A stretch of DNA of 64,000 bases from Anaerolineae bacterium (lineage in GTDB: Bacteria; Chloroflexota; Anaerolineae; DUEN01). The notes under the pieces were generated by a model. The model did no database searches and was not told where the DNA came from. It saw only the letters and a list, made by a program, of their open reading frames with translations. This document shows, piece by piece, positions 1 to 9,561 of the stretch; the first letter of the stretch is position 1, and each line of letters starts with the position of its first letter. The position numbers and the translations under genes were made by a program. The stretch covers positions 65,244 to 129,243 of the forward strand of contig JANXBS010000002.1 in assembly GCA_025060615.1 (NCBI GenBank), read 5' to 3'.

Positions 1-534
1 GCAACGATAACGCCAGAGGATATCAGCACCGAAGGCCAGTTGTAGGGCCATGGGTGGCAAAGCCCAGATCAGGATAAGCGCCAGATAGGTGGCCGGCGCA
101 ACACGTCCTATCAGCAAGATGGGAGTTGGCAGCCAGAGGAGCATAGCTACGAATACGGCTCCTAGACGGATTCGGCCTGATGCACTCCATCGATCGGCTC
201 GCGGCAAGCGCCGTCCCAGCCATAACAACCACAGTCCCGTGAGCAAGGTTTGCAATACGAAGAAAGTATACTCCTCGATGGGCACCCAGCCCAGTGTCAA
301 TCCGCTGACTAACGTCGGGTCATACCACCAGACGCGGGTCGCAACCAGATAGTTGTCCCAGGGCGTAGTATAAAGCACGGCGATGAACACGTGAAGCAAC
401 ACGACAGCCCAACCTGGCAAATTGTGCAGATGGGCGGGTAAAGCCAGCTTCCGCCGTCGATCGCGCTCCAGCAGCAAAGCGAGCAAGGCCAGGGGTACCA
501 GCAGAAACTGAAAAAGAAAACTAAAATAGGTCAT
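1..534 (-). CDS. Lycopene cyclase domain protein (fused CrtYc/CrtYd-type), 5' part only; gene runs off the window start. Not in the supplied ORF track.
   Basis: Hand translation of minus strand from ATG (rc of 532-534) to position 1 gives 178 codons with no stop: MTYFSFLFQFLLVPLALLALLLERDRRRKLALPAHLHNLPGWAVVLLHVFIAVLYTTPWDNYLVATRVWWYDPTLVSGLTLGWVPIEEYTFFVLQTLLTGLWLLWLGRRLPRADRW... This is a polytopic membrane protein with the PxEE-hydrophobic-FF motif typical of the lycopene cyclase domain (TIGR03462 family). A second, similar half begins before the window edge. Its start ATG overlaps the P450 stop (ACATGACC, ATGA overlap). Context is a carotenoid cluster. Confidence 0.5.
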   Translation of the reverse strand, partial: MTYFSFLFQFLLVPLALLALLLERDRRRKLALPAHLHNLPGWAVVLLHVFIAVLYTTPWDNYLVATRVWWYDPTLVSGLTLGWVPIEEYTFFVLQTLLTGLWLLWLGRRLPRADRWSASGRIRLGAVFVAMLLWLPTPILLIGRVAPATYLALILIWALPPMALQLAFGADILWRYRC

Positions 535-1847
535 GTTAGAGGATGCACTTCCATGATGACCCCTGGCCGGGGTTCCAAAGTGGCGCCCATGTAAGTCGAG
601 ACCCTGTGGTTACAAAGGGTAAGATCGTAACGTTGCAGGATGCGGGCCAACACTAACCGAGTCTCCAGTTGAGCGAAAGCGCTGCCGATACAATTGCGTG
701 GCCCGCCGCCAAAGGGGACATAGGTGAAAGGCGCTGGTCGGAACTCCCCTTGCCAGCGTTCTGGGCGGAAAGCAGCCGCTTCTTCCCAATAAGCCGCGTG
801 CCGTTGTACCAGATAGTAGCTGACCATAATCCTGGTCCCAGCCGGCACTCGATATCCGGACAGCTCCACCTCTCGGGCGGTGAAGCGGTTGCCTACGTGG
901 ATGGGTGGATAAAGGCGCAGGCTTTCCTTGATCACCTGGTCTAGCACGGTCAGCCGGCCCACATTCTCCGGCGTAGGCGGTTGGCGCCCCAGCTCATCTC
1001 GGATCTGCTCTTGGACGGCATCGAACCAACGCCGATGTTGCCCCAGCAGATAGAGCGTCCAGGTTAGCAACGCCGTGCTGGTATCGTGCCCGGCAATGAG
1101 CATGGTCAGCATCTGATCGCGCACTAGCTCATCATCGTCTAGATTCTGTATCAAATGGGTGAGCAGATCGTCGGGTGGGTTAGGATCAGTTCGACGCCGT
1201 CGCAGCAGTGTGAAAAGATGTTGGTTCAATGCCCGGGTCTCGCGCGGCGGGTCACCGGCCCCAGTCAATACCCACATACCTGGGCTGATATACGCCAGCG
1301 TTTTGAGCATGGGCTGCCAAATGGCGTCCAGTTCAGGCAGCAGATCGTGGCTGAAAAACACATCCTCGAAGATCAGCAAGGCTAGCTTGCGCATCTCCAC
1401 TAGCATGTCGTAGCGCCGGCCCGGCTGCCAGGTGTCAACAACTCGATCGGTCAGTTGCCAGAGGTGTCGAGAGCGAGGGATAAAATGCTTGCGATGGCTG
1501 CTGGGGTCCATGATGCGGCGCAAGCGGGCATGCTCTTCGCCGTCAGTGACCAAAATGCCGCGGCGCAAAAGCCGAGCCACAGGGTCATGATTGGGCCTCC
1601 AGAGGTAAGCATCTCGATCGTCTACCAATACCTGCCGCAAAGCTTGGGGACCGGCAATCACCACCGGGCTGAAGCCTGGCAGATTGAGTTGAAAGACATC
1701 ACCGATCTCCCGATGCATCATCTCCAGGATGGGCAAAATGCCGCCAAAGTCACCTCGCAGGATTCGGAGCAAGGCCGACAGGCCAATGCTGGCACTCGAG
1801 TGGGCGATGGTCGGGGGTGAGAGGGGCGCAGTTTGAACAGATGTCAT
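531..1847 (-). CDS. Cytochrome P450 (candidate carotenoid hydroxylase, CYP175-like by context)
   Basis: 438 aa. Canonical heme-thiolate loop FGGGPRNCIGSAFAQ (FxxGxRxCxG). ExxR present (ESLRLYPP). Good RBS (AAAGAGG) upstream of ATG at 1847. Located between the lycopene cyclase gene and the carotenoid operon. Confidence 0.85.
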   Translation of the reverse strand: MTSVQTAPLSPPTIAHSSASIGLSALLRILRGDFGGILPILEMMHREIGDVFQLNLPGFSPVVIAGPQALRQVLVDDRDAYLWRPNHDPVARLLRRGILVTDGEEHARLRRIMDPSSHRKHFIPRSRHLWQLTDRVVDTWQPGRRYDMLVEMRKLALLIFEDVFFSHDLLPELDAIWQPMLKTLAYISPGMWVLTGAGDPPRETRALNQHLFTLLRRRRTDPNPPDDLLTHLIQNLDDDELVRDQMLTMLIAGHDTSTALLTWTLYLLGQHRRWFDAVQEQIRDELGRQPPTPENVGRLTVLDQVIKESLRLYPPIHVGNRFTAREVELSGYRVPAGTRIMVSYYLVQRHAAYWEEAAAFRPERWQGEFRPAPFTYVPFGGGPRNCIGSAFAQLETRLVLARILQRYDLTLCNHRVSTYMGATLEPRPGVIMEVHPLT

Positions 1848-1954
1848 ATGCTAGCCTCTTTGCTGTATCACCGGAGATATTAAGGTATTCCTCTGCCTGT
1901 TCATAATGGTTTACCGTTATTTGCTTAGGTTCAAAAAGGATCCCACCAAATGTT

Positions 1955-2410
1955 TTATCTCAAACCGGCCTTGGCCAGATACCAGCGTGTCAGGATCCGT
2001 CGAGCTGTGAACAATGTCCACAGCCCTAGCTTACTGAACAGCAGCCGGGTAAACCAGCCCCAGGGGCCAGGTTTGTGTTCGTATTCGATGTACTCACTGA
2101 TGCGAGTATGGCGAGCATCTACAGGTATGAAGCGATGAACGTGCCGCCAGCGGGCCAGCGGGCCTTGCACCTGGGTGTCAGTGAAACCGTGCTTGCTGAC
2201 GTCGCTATGTATCGCTACCCAGCGCAAGGGTAGAGGCCCCAACCACAATGTAAACTCGGCTTTGGCTCCTTCGTCCAATGGCTCATAGTTATGGATCTGA
2301 ACAAAGATAGGCGGTGGGGTCAGCTTCTTGAGTGCTCGCGTGTCATGATAGATAGCCCTTACCGCCTCCAGAGAAGCGGGCACAGCGAAGGTGTACTCGA
2401 ACACGGGCAT
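1955..2410 (-). CDS. SRPBCC (START/polyketide-cyclase-like) family protein
   Basis: ORF 1955..2431. The likely start is the internal Met ([23 protein letters not shown]...) at 2410, giving a TGATG one-nucleotide stop/start overlap with the photolyase. About 150 aa with a typical SRPBCC N-terminus. Confidence 0.5.
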   Translation of the reverse strand: MPVFEYTFAVPASLEAVRAIYHDTRALKKLTPPPIFVQIHNYEPLDEGAKAEFTLWLGPLPLRWVAIHSDVSKHGFTDTQVQGPLARWRHVHRFIPVDARHTRISEYIEYEHKPGPWGWFTRLLFSKLGLWTLFTARRILTRWYLAKAGLR

Positions 2411-3804
2411 CACTTGCCTCCTCTGGCCCATGCTTGGGCGTAGGCACGTAGCGCACGCTGTCGAGCAAAATGGTGGTCCACAATGGGCACAGGATAATCA
2501 CGGCCGATACGGCAGCCGCTCTTTTTCTGCACCTCGATCGGCATCTCCCACGGTGCATGGATATATAGATCAGGTACGGCAGCCAGCTCAGGTAGCCAGC
2601 GGCGGATAAAATGTCCCTGAGGATCGAACTTCTTGCTTTGGACCACTGGGTTGAAGATGCGGAAGTAGGGGGTTGCATCAGCTCCCACGCCGGCCGTCCA
2701 TTGCCAGTTGCCGATGTTGGCTGCAGGATCACCATCCACCAGGTGATCCATGAACCAGCGTTGGCCCCAGCGCCAGTCAATCAGCAGATCTTTGGCCAGA
2801 AATGAGGCCACAATCATGCGGGCCCGGTTGTGTATCCAACCGGTGACAGCAAGTTGGCGCATAGCCGCGTCCACCACTGGATAGCCAGTGAAGCCGGCCC
2901 GCCAGGCCGCGAAATCGTCAGGATCATTCTGCCAAGGGATATGTTCATATTGAGGACGGAGACTATGCCGGCCTGCGTCTGGGAAATGGTAAAGGATACT
3001 TACATAGAACTCTCGCCAGATCAACTCGCTGAGCCAGCTCTGAGTACCTTCGCCGCTGCCAGCGGTTATTGCCTCTAACGCAGCCACTACTGCCTGACGG
3101 GCCGAGAGCATGCCGAAGCGCAGATAGGGTGAAAGTTGCGAGGTGCCATCCTGATCCAGCCGGTTACGCGCGTTAGCATAGTAAGCAATGGGACCGGCTA
3201 AAAAGCGTTGCAGGCGACGTTGAGCTTCGGCTTCGCCTGGTGGAAAAGCGGCAAGTGGTGTCACCTCCGGTAGGGGAAGGCTAGCCAGCGTAGGGGTATA
3301 CAGGCGCTCGGGAGCAGGCAGCAGATCGACGGCCGTGGGAAGCGGTAGCGATAGCCAAGCCTTCTTGAAAGATGTGAACACGGTATAGGGTGTGCCGTCA
3401 CTCTTGCGCACATTGGCAGGGTGGTGTACAGTTGGCCCGCTTACCAGATGCAGCGGTAGATGCGCGGCTACACGGGCATCTCGGCTCCGGGCATAGGGCG
3501 AGAAATCGGCTTCTGCAAAGATAGCTGTGGCCCCGCTTTCCGCTTGTAGCCGCGTCAATTCGGCCAACGGGTCGCCCTGTCTAATGATTAGGTTGCCGCC
3601 GCGGGCGCGTAAGTCGGCGGCTAACGCCACCAAGCCACCTAGGAGGAAAGTCCGACGTTTTTCACCCGTGTTGGGGCTGCCTATCAACTGGGAGTCTATG
3701 ATAAAGCAGGGGATCACCGGGCTGCCTCGAGCGACTGCCGCTGTCAGTGCGGGATTGTCAGTTAGACGCAGATCTCGGCGAATCCACCAGATAGTGGTGC
3801 TCAT
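2410..3804 (-). CDS. phr: Deoxyribodipyrimidine (CPD) photolyase, class I
   Basis: N-terminus [20 protein letters not shown] matches class I photolyase starts. FAD-binding region [65 protein letters not shown] is diagnostic. The ORF track's first Met is at 3816; MSTT at 3804 is preferred. Confidence 0.9.
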   Translation of the reverse strand: MSTTIWWIRRDLRLTDNPALTAAVARGSPVIPCFIIDSQLIGSPNTGEKRRTFLLGGLVALAADLRARGGNLIIRQGDPLAELTRLQAESGATAIFAEADFSPYARSRDARVAAHLPLHLVSGPTVHHPANVRKSDGTPYTVFTSFKKAWLSLPLPTAVDLLPAPERLYTPTLASLPLPEVTPLAAFPPGEAEAQRRLQRFLAGPIAYYANARNRLDQDGTSQLSPYLRFGMLSARQAVVAALEAITAGSGEGTQSWLSELIWREFYVSILYHFPDAGRHSLRPQYEHIPWQNDPDDFAAWRAGFTGYPVVDAAMRQLAVTGWIHNRARMIVASFLAKDLLIDWRWGQRWFMDHLVDGDPAANIGNWQWTAGVGADATPYFRIFNPVVQSKKFDPQGHFIRRWLPELAAVPDLYIHAPWEMPIEVQKKSGCRIGRDYPVPIVDHHFARQRALRAYAQAWARGGK

Positions 3805-4318
3805 CTCTCGCTTCACCTTGGTGCAAGCGCGAATCCGAAGCCGATAAGCCAGGCGTTAGATATCCCCCTCGCACTGTGGCGCCAATCACGATACCGGCGC
3901 TAATCAGCACCAGGTTCTTAATGATGTATTGGCCCTCCAATGTCGGGGCGATGGGAAACACAGTAAATGTAGCCTCTGGAAACAGCAAAAGAGGGGTCAA
4001 AGTGCCCAACATCTGCAGCCAAAGTAGTAGAAGAGTCTCCCGCAAGAAGCGACCGCTGAGCAACCCTAGGCCGATGAGGGTCTCCCAGGCAGCCAGAATC
4101 CACACCGCCATCCTGGGCGGGATAAGGCCAAAGGAGAGCGAAGAGATAGTATTGCCAGCCAGACTCTCAGCGGGACTCAGGCCGGGGAAAAACTTGAGCA
4201 CACCAAACCAGAAAAAGACAAGGCCTAAGCTTAAGCGAAGCAATAGCACACCATTCCGGGCCATCCACGATGTGAGAATCTGGTCGATGTAGTCCAATCG
4301 AGTTGATTTGATCCTCAT
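3758..4318 (-). CDS. DoxX-family membrane protein
   Basis: 186 aa with 4 predicted TM helices. [17 protein letters not shown] motif is typical of DoxX/DUF417-like proteins. Its 3' end overlaps the photolyase start by about 47 nt. Confidence 0.5.
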   Translation of the reverse strand: MRIKSTRLDYIDQILTSWMARNGVLLLRLSLGLVFFWFGVLKFFPGLSPAESLAGNTISSLSFGLIPPRMAVWILAAWETLIGLGLLSGRFLRETLLLLWLQMLGTLTPLLLFPEATFTVFPIAPTLEGQYIIKNLVLISAGIVIGATVRGGYLTPGLSASDSRLHQGEARDEHHYLVDSPRSASN

Positions 4319-4351
4319 GGTTGGAACCTCCTTGGGGATCGGCCCTCGCTC

Positions 4352-5119
4352 TTACGCTGAGGCCAACCGGCCAGCTTGCGGTCTGATAACGGTCCACAGC
4401 AAGGCCAGCCCCACCACGACAAAGGCCGTCCAGGTGGCTATAGTAACCGCCCCTTCGGACGGGAACTTGACGCCGATGCCGGCCAACGACCATAGCAACA
4501 CGGCCAGATAAGCCCAATCTCGCTCTCGCAAGCTCATGGCCCAGGCTACTGCGGCGACGACGGTCAGCATCACAACCATCCACACAGCGTCGCTAAGGCC
4601 GAATTGGTTCCAGCCGGCATAGTCCAACACCGCCGTGACGTTGGCGATAGTAGCTACAGTAATCCAACCCAGATAGATGCTGAAGAGCGCGTCCACACTC
4701 CAGCGTTCCAAGGCTGGAACCATCCCCCGGCCCAATCGCAGGCGCAGGTAAATGGCGATTAAAGAAACTAGCAGCGTTCCCATCGCCAGCAGTGTGACTG
4801 GAAACTGTTCATAGTGCCAGAGGAAGAGCCAGCCAGCATTGGCCAGGTTAGAGAGGATGAACCAGCCACGCACACCTTCCAGGCGGGGATTGTACCGCTG
4901 GGTAGGCAAGGCCTGATAGATAGTAAAAGCGATCATGCCGATGTAAATCAGCCCCCAGACGGAGAAAACGTAGCCGGCAGGCACGAAATAAACCTGGAAG
5001 CGGTCTGATATCTCGTCGGTGGTCAGCCCGTTCAGAGGCAGAGCGTTAGAGAGTGCATTGATAGTTAACGTAAAAAGGGTGGTCAGGATGACCACGATCT
5101 GTTGGGTTTTGATACTCAT
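4352..5119 (-). CDS. TspO/MBR (CrtK-like) tryptophan-rich membrane protein with C-terminal extension
   Basis: 255 aa. Segments PAGYVFSVWGLIYIGMIAFTIY, WFILSNLANAGWLFLW and IYLGWITVATIANV follow the TspO pattern (VFxxxWxxLYxxMxxA; NxxWxxxFF; YLxWxxxAxxLN). About 80 extra C-terminal residues with 2 more TM helices. The start overlaps the stop of the upstream desaturase gene (ATGA). Confidence 0.5.
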   Translation of the reverse strand: MSIKTQQIVVILTTLFTLTINALSNALPLNGLTTDEISDRFQVYFVPAGYVFSVWGLIYIGMIAFTIYQALPTQRYNPRLEGVRGWFILSNLANAGWLFLWHYEQFPVTLLAMGTLLVSLIAIYLRLRLGRGMVPALERWSVDALFSIYLGWITVATIANVTAVLDYAGWNQFGLSDAVWMVVMLTVVAAVAWAMSLRERDWAYLAVLLWSLAGIGVKFPSEGAVTIATWTAFVVVGLALLWTVIRPQAGRLASA

Positions 5120-6696
5120 GGTTTGACCCCCGTAATAACCGATGGACGGCGGTATGCATCGCTGTCCACCGTGAGCGAGGTGAACGAAGCTCCTGCAGAA
5201 CGCCGAATCATAGTCTGTAGGATGTAGGTAGCGACGCGCAGACCACCTAGGACTGCAGCAGGTATAGACTGGCCGGGGAAGATGCTATCACCTACAAGCC
5301 ATAGGCCTGGCCCCAGCCGTGGGCTCCAAGTGCGTAACAAGTGAGTTTGCGGATAGCCGCCTACCCAACCTCGACATCGGCGGGTAAAGCGTTGAAACGT
5401 TACGGGCGTGCCGGATAGGATCAGGTCGGTTGCATCTCGCAAGCCGGGCAAGAAGCGCTCCGCAGCGGCCAAGATCCGATTGATCTCCGCTTGTTTGTGC
5501 TGCTCATAGGCAATGCGGTCATTTTCATACAATTGCCACCAGAAGTCCAACGACGTATGCGTGCTGATAGTAAGGGCGCGGCGGCCAGCTGGTGCTCGGC
5601 TTTCATCCCAACTGGGGCTGAAGGAGAGAAAGAAAGCATTCCCAGCGGTAACTGGCCCCTCCAGAAGCAGTTGGTGATGTAGAGTGGGCCCAGAAGGCAC
5701 GATGCTTGCATCCACCCCTAGATATAAGACAAACGCTCCCCAACCATCCTTAGGAATACGCGCCCGATATAGGCTGGAGGGCGCATCTTCGGCTAGCAAT
5801 GCGACGACATTAGGTGGCGGCAGATTGAAGACAACTTGTTCTGCTTCCAGAACTAGGCCACGTCTTGTCTCAACCCGCCAGCGATCTCGGGCAGTCCTAC
5901 GTACTCGGACGACTTCCTGACGATAATGCACGACTCCGCCTAGCCGGTTAATTGCCTCAGCTAGACTCCAAGCAATACTGCCTATCCCCCCTGGCGTATG
6001 GCCTACGCCTGTGCGGGAGAGGTCTAAGGCAGCAGCGGCAAAGAGAGCATTGGCCCGTTGACTTGTAGCCTGGGCTGAAATAAGTAATTGGGCGTCTACA
6101 AAGCGACGTAGGCGCTCGGAATGCGACGGTGGCAAGCGCCGGCATACATTTGTCAGCGCATCGCGCAATAGGCCCGGCAGCCGGCTGATTCGGCGCGAGC
6201 GGGTTAACAAAAGTAACCAGTGCCATCCCACCGACACATTGTAAGCTAAATCGGCTAAGCTTTGAGGTGGCCAGGCTGGGTACAGCTTGGCCAGATCCCA
6301 AAGCAGTTCGGCTGTGCGGCTTTGCCACTCCCAGAAAGGTTCCGCCTGAGGGCCAAACTGGCGCAAGCGCTCTTCTTGCCAAGCATCAGGTTTGTTCCAG
6401 CGGACGATGCTATCGCCCGGGGTCAAATGGACCTGCATAGCTGCGGCTTCCTGGCGGGCCTGCCAGTCAATTCCGAAGCGGCGGGCTAGAATGTCTAGAG
6501 GCATGCCCGGAGCAAAGCCTCCGGCCAGGGTTGCGCCTGCATCAAAACGATAACCTTGGTAATAAAAGGTTCCCGCGCACCCTCCGGGATAGGTGTGGGC
6601 TTCCAGCACCGTGACCTGATACCCGGCGAGAGCTAGCTCAGCAGCCGCACTTAATCCGCCTATACCGGCGCCAACGACAATGACCCGCTGCGTCAT
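5116..6696 (-). CDS. FAD-dependent oxidoreductase of the phytoene-desaturase (CrtI) family, CrtD/CrtO-like
   Basis: 526 aa. N-terminal dinucleotide-binding fold VIVVGAGIGGLSAAAELALAGYQVTVLEAHTYPGG. CrtI-family length. ATGA-coupled to both the MFS gene upstream and the TspO gene downstream. Confidence 0.75.
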   Translation of the reverse strand: MTQRVIVVGAGIGGLSAAAELALAGYQVTVLEAHTYPGGCAGTFYYQGYRFDAGATLAGGFAPGMPLDILARRFGIDWQARQEAAAMQVHLTPGDSIVRWNKPDAWQEERLRQFGPQAEPFWEWQSRTAELLWDLAKLYPAWPPQSLADLAYNVSVGWHWLLLLTRSRRISRLPGLLRDALTNVCRRLPPSHSERLRRFVDAQLLISAQATSQRANALFAAAALDLSRTGVGHTPGGIGSIAWSLAEAINRLGGVVHYRQEVVRVRRTARDRWRVETRRGLVLEAEQVVFNLPPPNVVALLAEDAPSSLYRARIPKDGWGAFVLYLGVDASIVPSGPTLHHQLLLEGPVTAGNAFFLSFSPSWDESRAPAGRRALTISTHTSLDFWWQLYENDRIAYEQHKQAEINRILAAAERFLPGLRDATDLILSGTPVTFQRFTRRCRGWVGGYPQTHLLRTWSPRLGPGLWLVGDSIFPGQSIPAAVLGGLRVATYILQTMIRRSAGASFTSLTVDSDAYRRPSVITGVKP

Positions 6697-7943
6697 GGGT
6701 TTAGCCTCTCGTTGGTCGAAGCGCGATGCGCCGACGGAGACATAGAGGCCTTACGCGCAGCGTAGGCCGGCGCTGGATTGGCAATGAGGTGCCACCAGGC
6801 GAAAACGAAGACACTAGCTATAATCAGGCTTCCTACGACCCCTGGCGCCCAGGGGCCTAGCGTATCCAGCAAATACCCAGCCCCAGCAGGTGCCAACGCT
6901 CGGGTCAGGCTTTCTAGTGAGGCAGAAAGACCCAACATGCCACCCACCTCCTCGGGATGTACAGCTTTACTGAGAGCACTGTTGAGCAGGGTGTTCAGGA
7001 CGCCACCAGAGCCGGCCAAAGGTACAAGCACCAATAAGAGGATGGGCACATTCGGTGTGAACGCCCATAAGAATAGGGCCCCCGCCATTGTCGCCAGCGC
7101 GGAGATGATCAGCCCTTGCTCTGAAAAGCGGGAGGAGAGCCATGGGATGCCTATGCCTTGAACTAGCACGACCAGCACACCCACATAGGTGAGCACAAAG
7201 CCGGTCATTCGGGCGTCAAGCTTCAGTTGGTATTGAGCATAGAGAGGAAATATGGTCTGAAACCCGGAGAAGGCCAGTCCGAAAAGGAAACGGATACTAA
7301 GCAATGGTCCGACGCGAGGGCGATTGAGCGCAATCCATAGATTCTTAAGCGTGAATTCCTCGCTCTTCTTGGCGGCCAGAGCTTGTCGTCGTTCCTCGTC
7401 CAAAGATTCAGGCAGAAGAAAAACAACGCCGAGAAAGGCAAGGAAAGATAGGCCGGCCGCAGCGAAGGCCGGCACAGCAAAGCCGTATACACTAAGCAGG
7501 CCACCCATGACGGGGCCAAAGATAAAGCCCAGGCCAAAGGCGGCACCAATCAGGCCAAAACCCTTAGCTCGGTTCTTCTCCTCGGTGACATCGGCGATAT
7601 AAGCCTGGGCAACAGAGATGTTGCCACCTGTGAGGCCATCAACCATGCGACTAAGAAAGAGCATCCACAGCGATTGGGCTATGCCCAACAGAATAAAGCC
7701 GGCTACCGACCCCAATAGGCTCAGCATGAGCATCGGCCGTCGGCCAAAGCGATCAGACATACGGCCTAGAATGGGGGCGCCCATCAGTTGCATAGCTGCA
7801 TAAGAGGCCATCAGCAGGCCTACCTGTGTAGGGGAGGCGCCAAAGGTCTCGGCGTAGTAGGGCAGTAGGGGCAGGATAAGGCCAAAACCCAATAGCCCAA
7901 TGAAAACAATGACAAAGATGACAAGCAGTCGATTGCTATGCAT
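6693..7943 (-). CDS. MFS transporter (12-TM, Tet/DHA1-like)
   Basis: 416 aa. MFS signature GRMSDRFGRRPMLM (motif A) after TM2. Hydrophobic throughout. Confidence 0.8.
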   Translation of the reverse strand: MHSNRLLVIFVIVFIGLLGFGLILPLLPYYAETFGASPTQVGLLMASYAAMQLMGAPILGRMSDRFGRRPMLMLSLLGSVAGFILLGIAQSLWMLFLSRMVDGLTGGNISVAQAYIADVTEEKNRAKGFGLIGAAFGLGFIFGPVMGGLLSVYGFAVPAFAAAGLSFLAFLGVVFLLPESLDEERRQALAAKKSEEFTLKNLWIALNRPRVGPLLSIRFLFGLAFSGFQTIFPLYAQYQLKLDARMTGFVLTYVGVLVVLVQGIGIPWLSSRFSEQGLIISALATMAGALFLWAFTPNVPILLLVLVPLAGSGGVLNTLLNSALSKAVHPEEVGGMLGLSASLESLTRALAPAGAGYLLDTLGPWAPGVVGSLIIASVFVFAWWHLIANPAPAYAARKASMSPSAHRASTNERLNP

Positions 7944-8012
7944 CGCCTCACTCTCTGATAGGGATTAAGAGATGCTTTCGCATTCACTGCAGCGGCCTAA
8001 AGGATCTACTTT

Positions 8013-9506
8013 CTACTTTTTTTCATGGGTGATCAACCTCTCGACGATCTTGGCTGATAAGACAACGCCGGGGAGACCGGCACCCGGATGCGTACCTGCG
8101 CCAACGAAATAGAGATTATCAATGTCCTCAGAGCGATTATGCGGCCGGAACCAGGCTGATTGGGTGAGCACTGGCTGGATGGAAAAGCCCGTGCCCAAAT
8201 AGGTGTTCAGGCAGTCTCGAAAGTAGCGGGGATCGATCATATGCTCGATGACGATGTGCTGTTGCAGACTAGGCAGATAGTTGTCCTCTAGGAATTGCAT
8301 GATAGCGTCACGATAGGGCCTGGCAGCCTGCTCCCAGTCAATGTTCGCACCCAAGTGTGGCACGGGCGAGAGCACATAAAAGGCCTCATGTCCCACAGGC
8401 GCTAGAGATGGATCGGTGAGAGTAGGCACATGCAGGTAAAGGGAGAAATCCTTAGGCAGAGATTTAGCGGCGAAGATGTCATCTAATAGGCCCTTGTAGC
8501 GTCGGCTAAGGATAATGTTATGCTGGACAAGAGGCGTATCCCGGTAAAGGCGATTCGTGCCAAAATAGATGACCACCAGCGACATACTATATTTGGTCAG
8601 CTTCTGGTAGCGAAGATCGGAGTTGCGCAGACTGCGATGCTGCGGCCGGATCAGGTTCATGTAGGTGAAAGGCACGTCAGCGTTGGAGACAATATAATCC
8701 GCTTCATGCACGGAGCCATCCTTCAGCCGAACACCCACAGCATGCCTGTTCTGCACCAGGATTTCATCCACCTCGGCGTTAAAATGAAAACGGCCCCCCT
8801 GTTCTTCAATTAGACGCGCCAAGGCTCGGACCAAGGCCCCGGTGCCGCCGCGGGTGTACCACACGCCCCATTCCCGTTCCAAATAGTGGATCATAGCATA
8901 GATGGAGGAAGCAGCGAAGGGATTGCCACCGATTAACAGGGGATGGAAGGTGAAGCAACGGCGCAGAAACTCGTCCTGGATAAATGCAGCGACATAGCTG
9001 TAAACTGAACGGTAGGATTGTAATCGAATCAGATCAGGCACTACTCGGAGCATGTCAGTGATATACAGGAAAGGCTTATCGGCCAGATTCACGAAGCCTT
9101 TCTGAAAGATGACCCGGGTAGCGTCAAGAAAACGACGATAGCCCTCCCGGTCAGCTGGATTCCAGCGTTCAATCTGCGACTGCACATAGGCGATGTCGTC
9201 GTTGTACTCAAAATAACGGCCCTGATGGTCGAAAATACGGTAGAATGGGTTGATAGGGATGAACTCGACATAATCCCCTCGTCGTCGGCCGGCCATCTCG
9301 AAAAGTTCATCAAAGAGAAAGGGTGCGGTGATGACCGTGGGACCGCCGTCGAAGATAAAACCATCTCGCTCGAAAGTGTAGGCCCGCCCGCCTGGCTTAT
9401 CCAGCTTCTCGAAGATGTCCACTTGATAGCCACGGGCAGCCAAGCGAGCGCCAGCCGCCAGCCCGCCAAAGCCACTGCCAATGATGATGACTCGTTGGGT
9501 CTGCAT
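8013..9506 (-). CDS. crtI: Phytoene desaturase
   Basis: 497 aa. N-terminus [60 protein letters not shown] is near-identical in pattern to bacterial CrtI. Full-length CrtI architecture. Confidence 0.9.
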   Translation of the reverse strand: MQTQRVIIIGSGFGGLAAGARLAARGYQVDIFEKLDKPGGRAYTFERDGFIFDGGPTVITAPFLFDELFEMAGRRRGDYVEFIPINPFYRIFDHQGRYFEYNDDIAYVQSQIERWNPADREGYRRFLDATRVIFQKGFVNLADKPFLYITDMLRVVPDLIRLQSYRSVYSYVAAFIQDEFLRRCFTFHPLLIGGNPFAASSIYAMIHYLEREWGVWYTRGGTGALVRALARLIEEQGGRFHFNAEVDEILVQNRHAVGVRLKDGSVHEADYIVSNADVPFTYMNLIRPQHRSLRNSDLRYQKLTKYSMSLVVIYFGTNRLYRDTPLVQHNIILSRRYKGLLDDIFAAKSLPKDFSLYLHVPTLTDPSLAPVGHEAFYVLSPVPHLGANIDWEQAARPYRDAIMQFLEDNYLPSLQQHIVIEHMIDPRYFRDCLNTYLGTGFSIQPVLTQSAWFRPHNRSEDIDNLYFVGAGTHPGAGLPGVVLSAKIVERLITHEKK

Positions 9507-9561
9507 ATCCTAGCCCCGAAGCTACTGATTTCTATCTTAGATGGATGATGGAAAGCCCCCT

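Noticed and set aside
89-352. Plus-strand 87-aa ORF and minus-strand 69-aa ORF at the window start
   Set aside because: Both are out of frame with, or opposite to, the uninterrupted lycopene-cyclase-domain frame (1-534, minus). It has clear family features and coupling to the P450.
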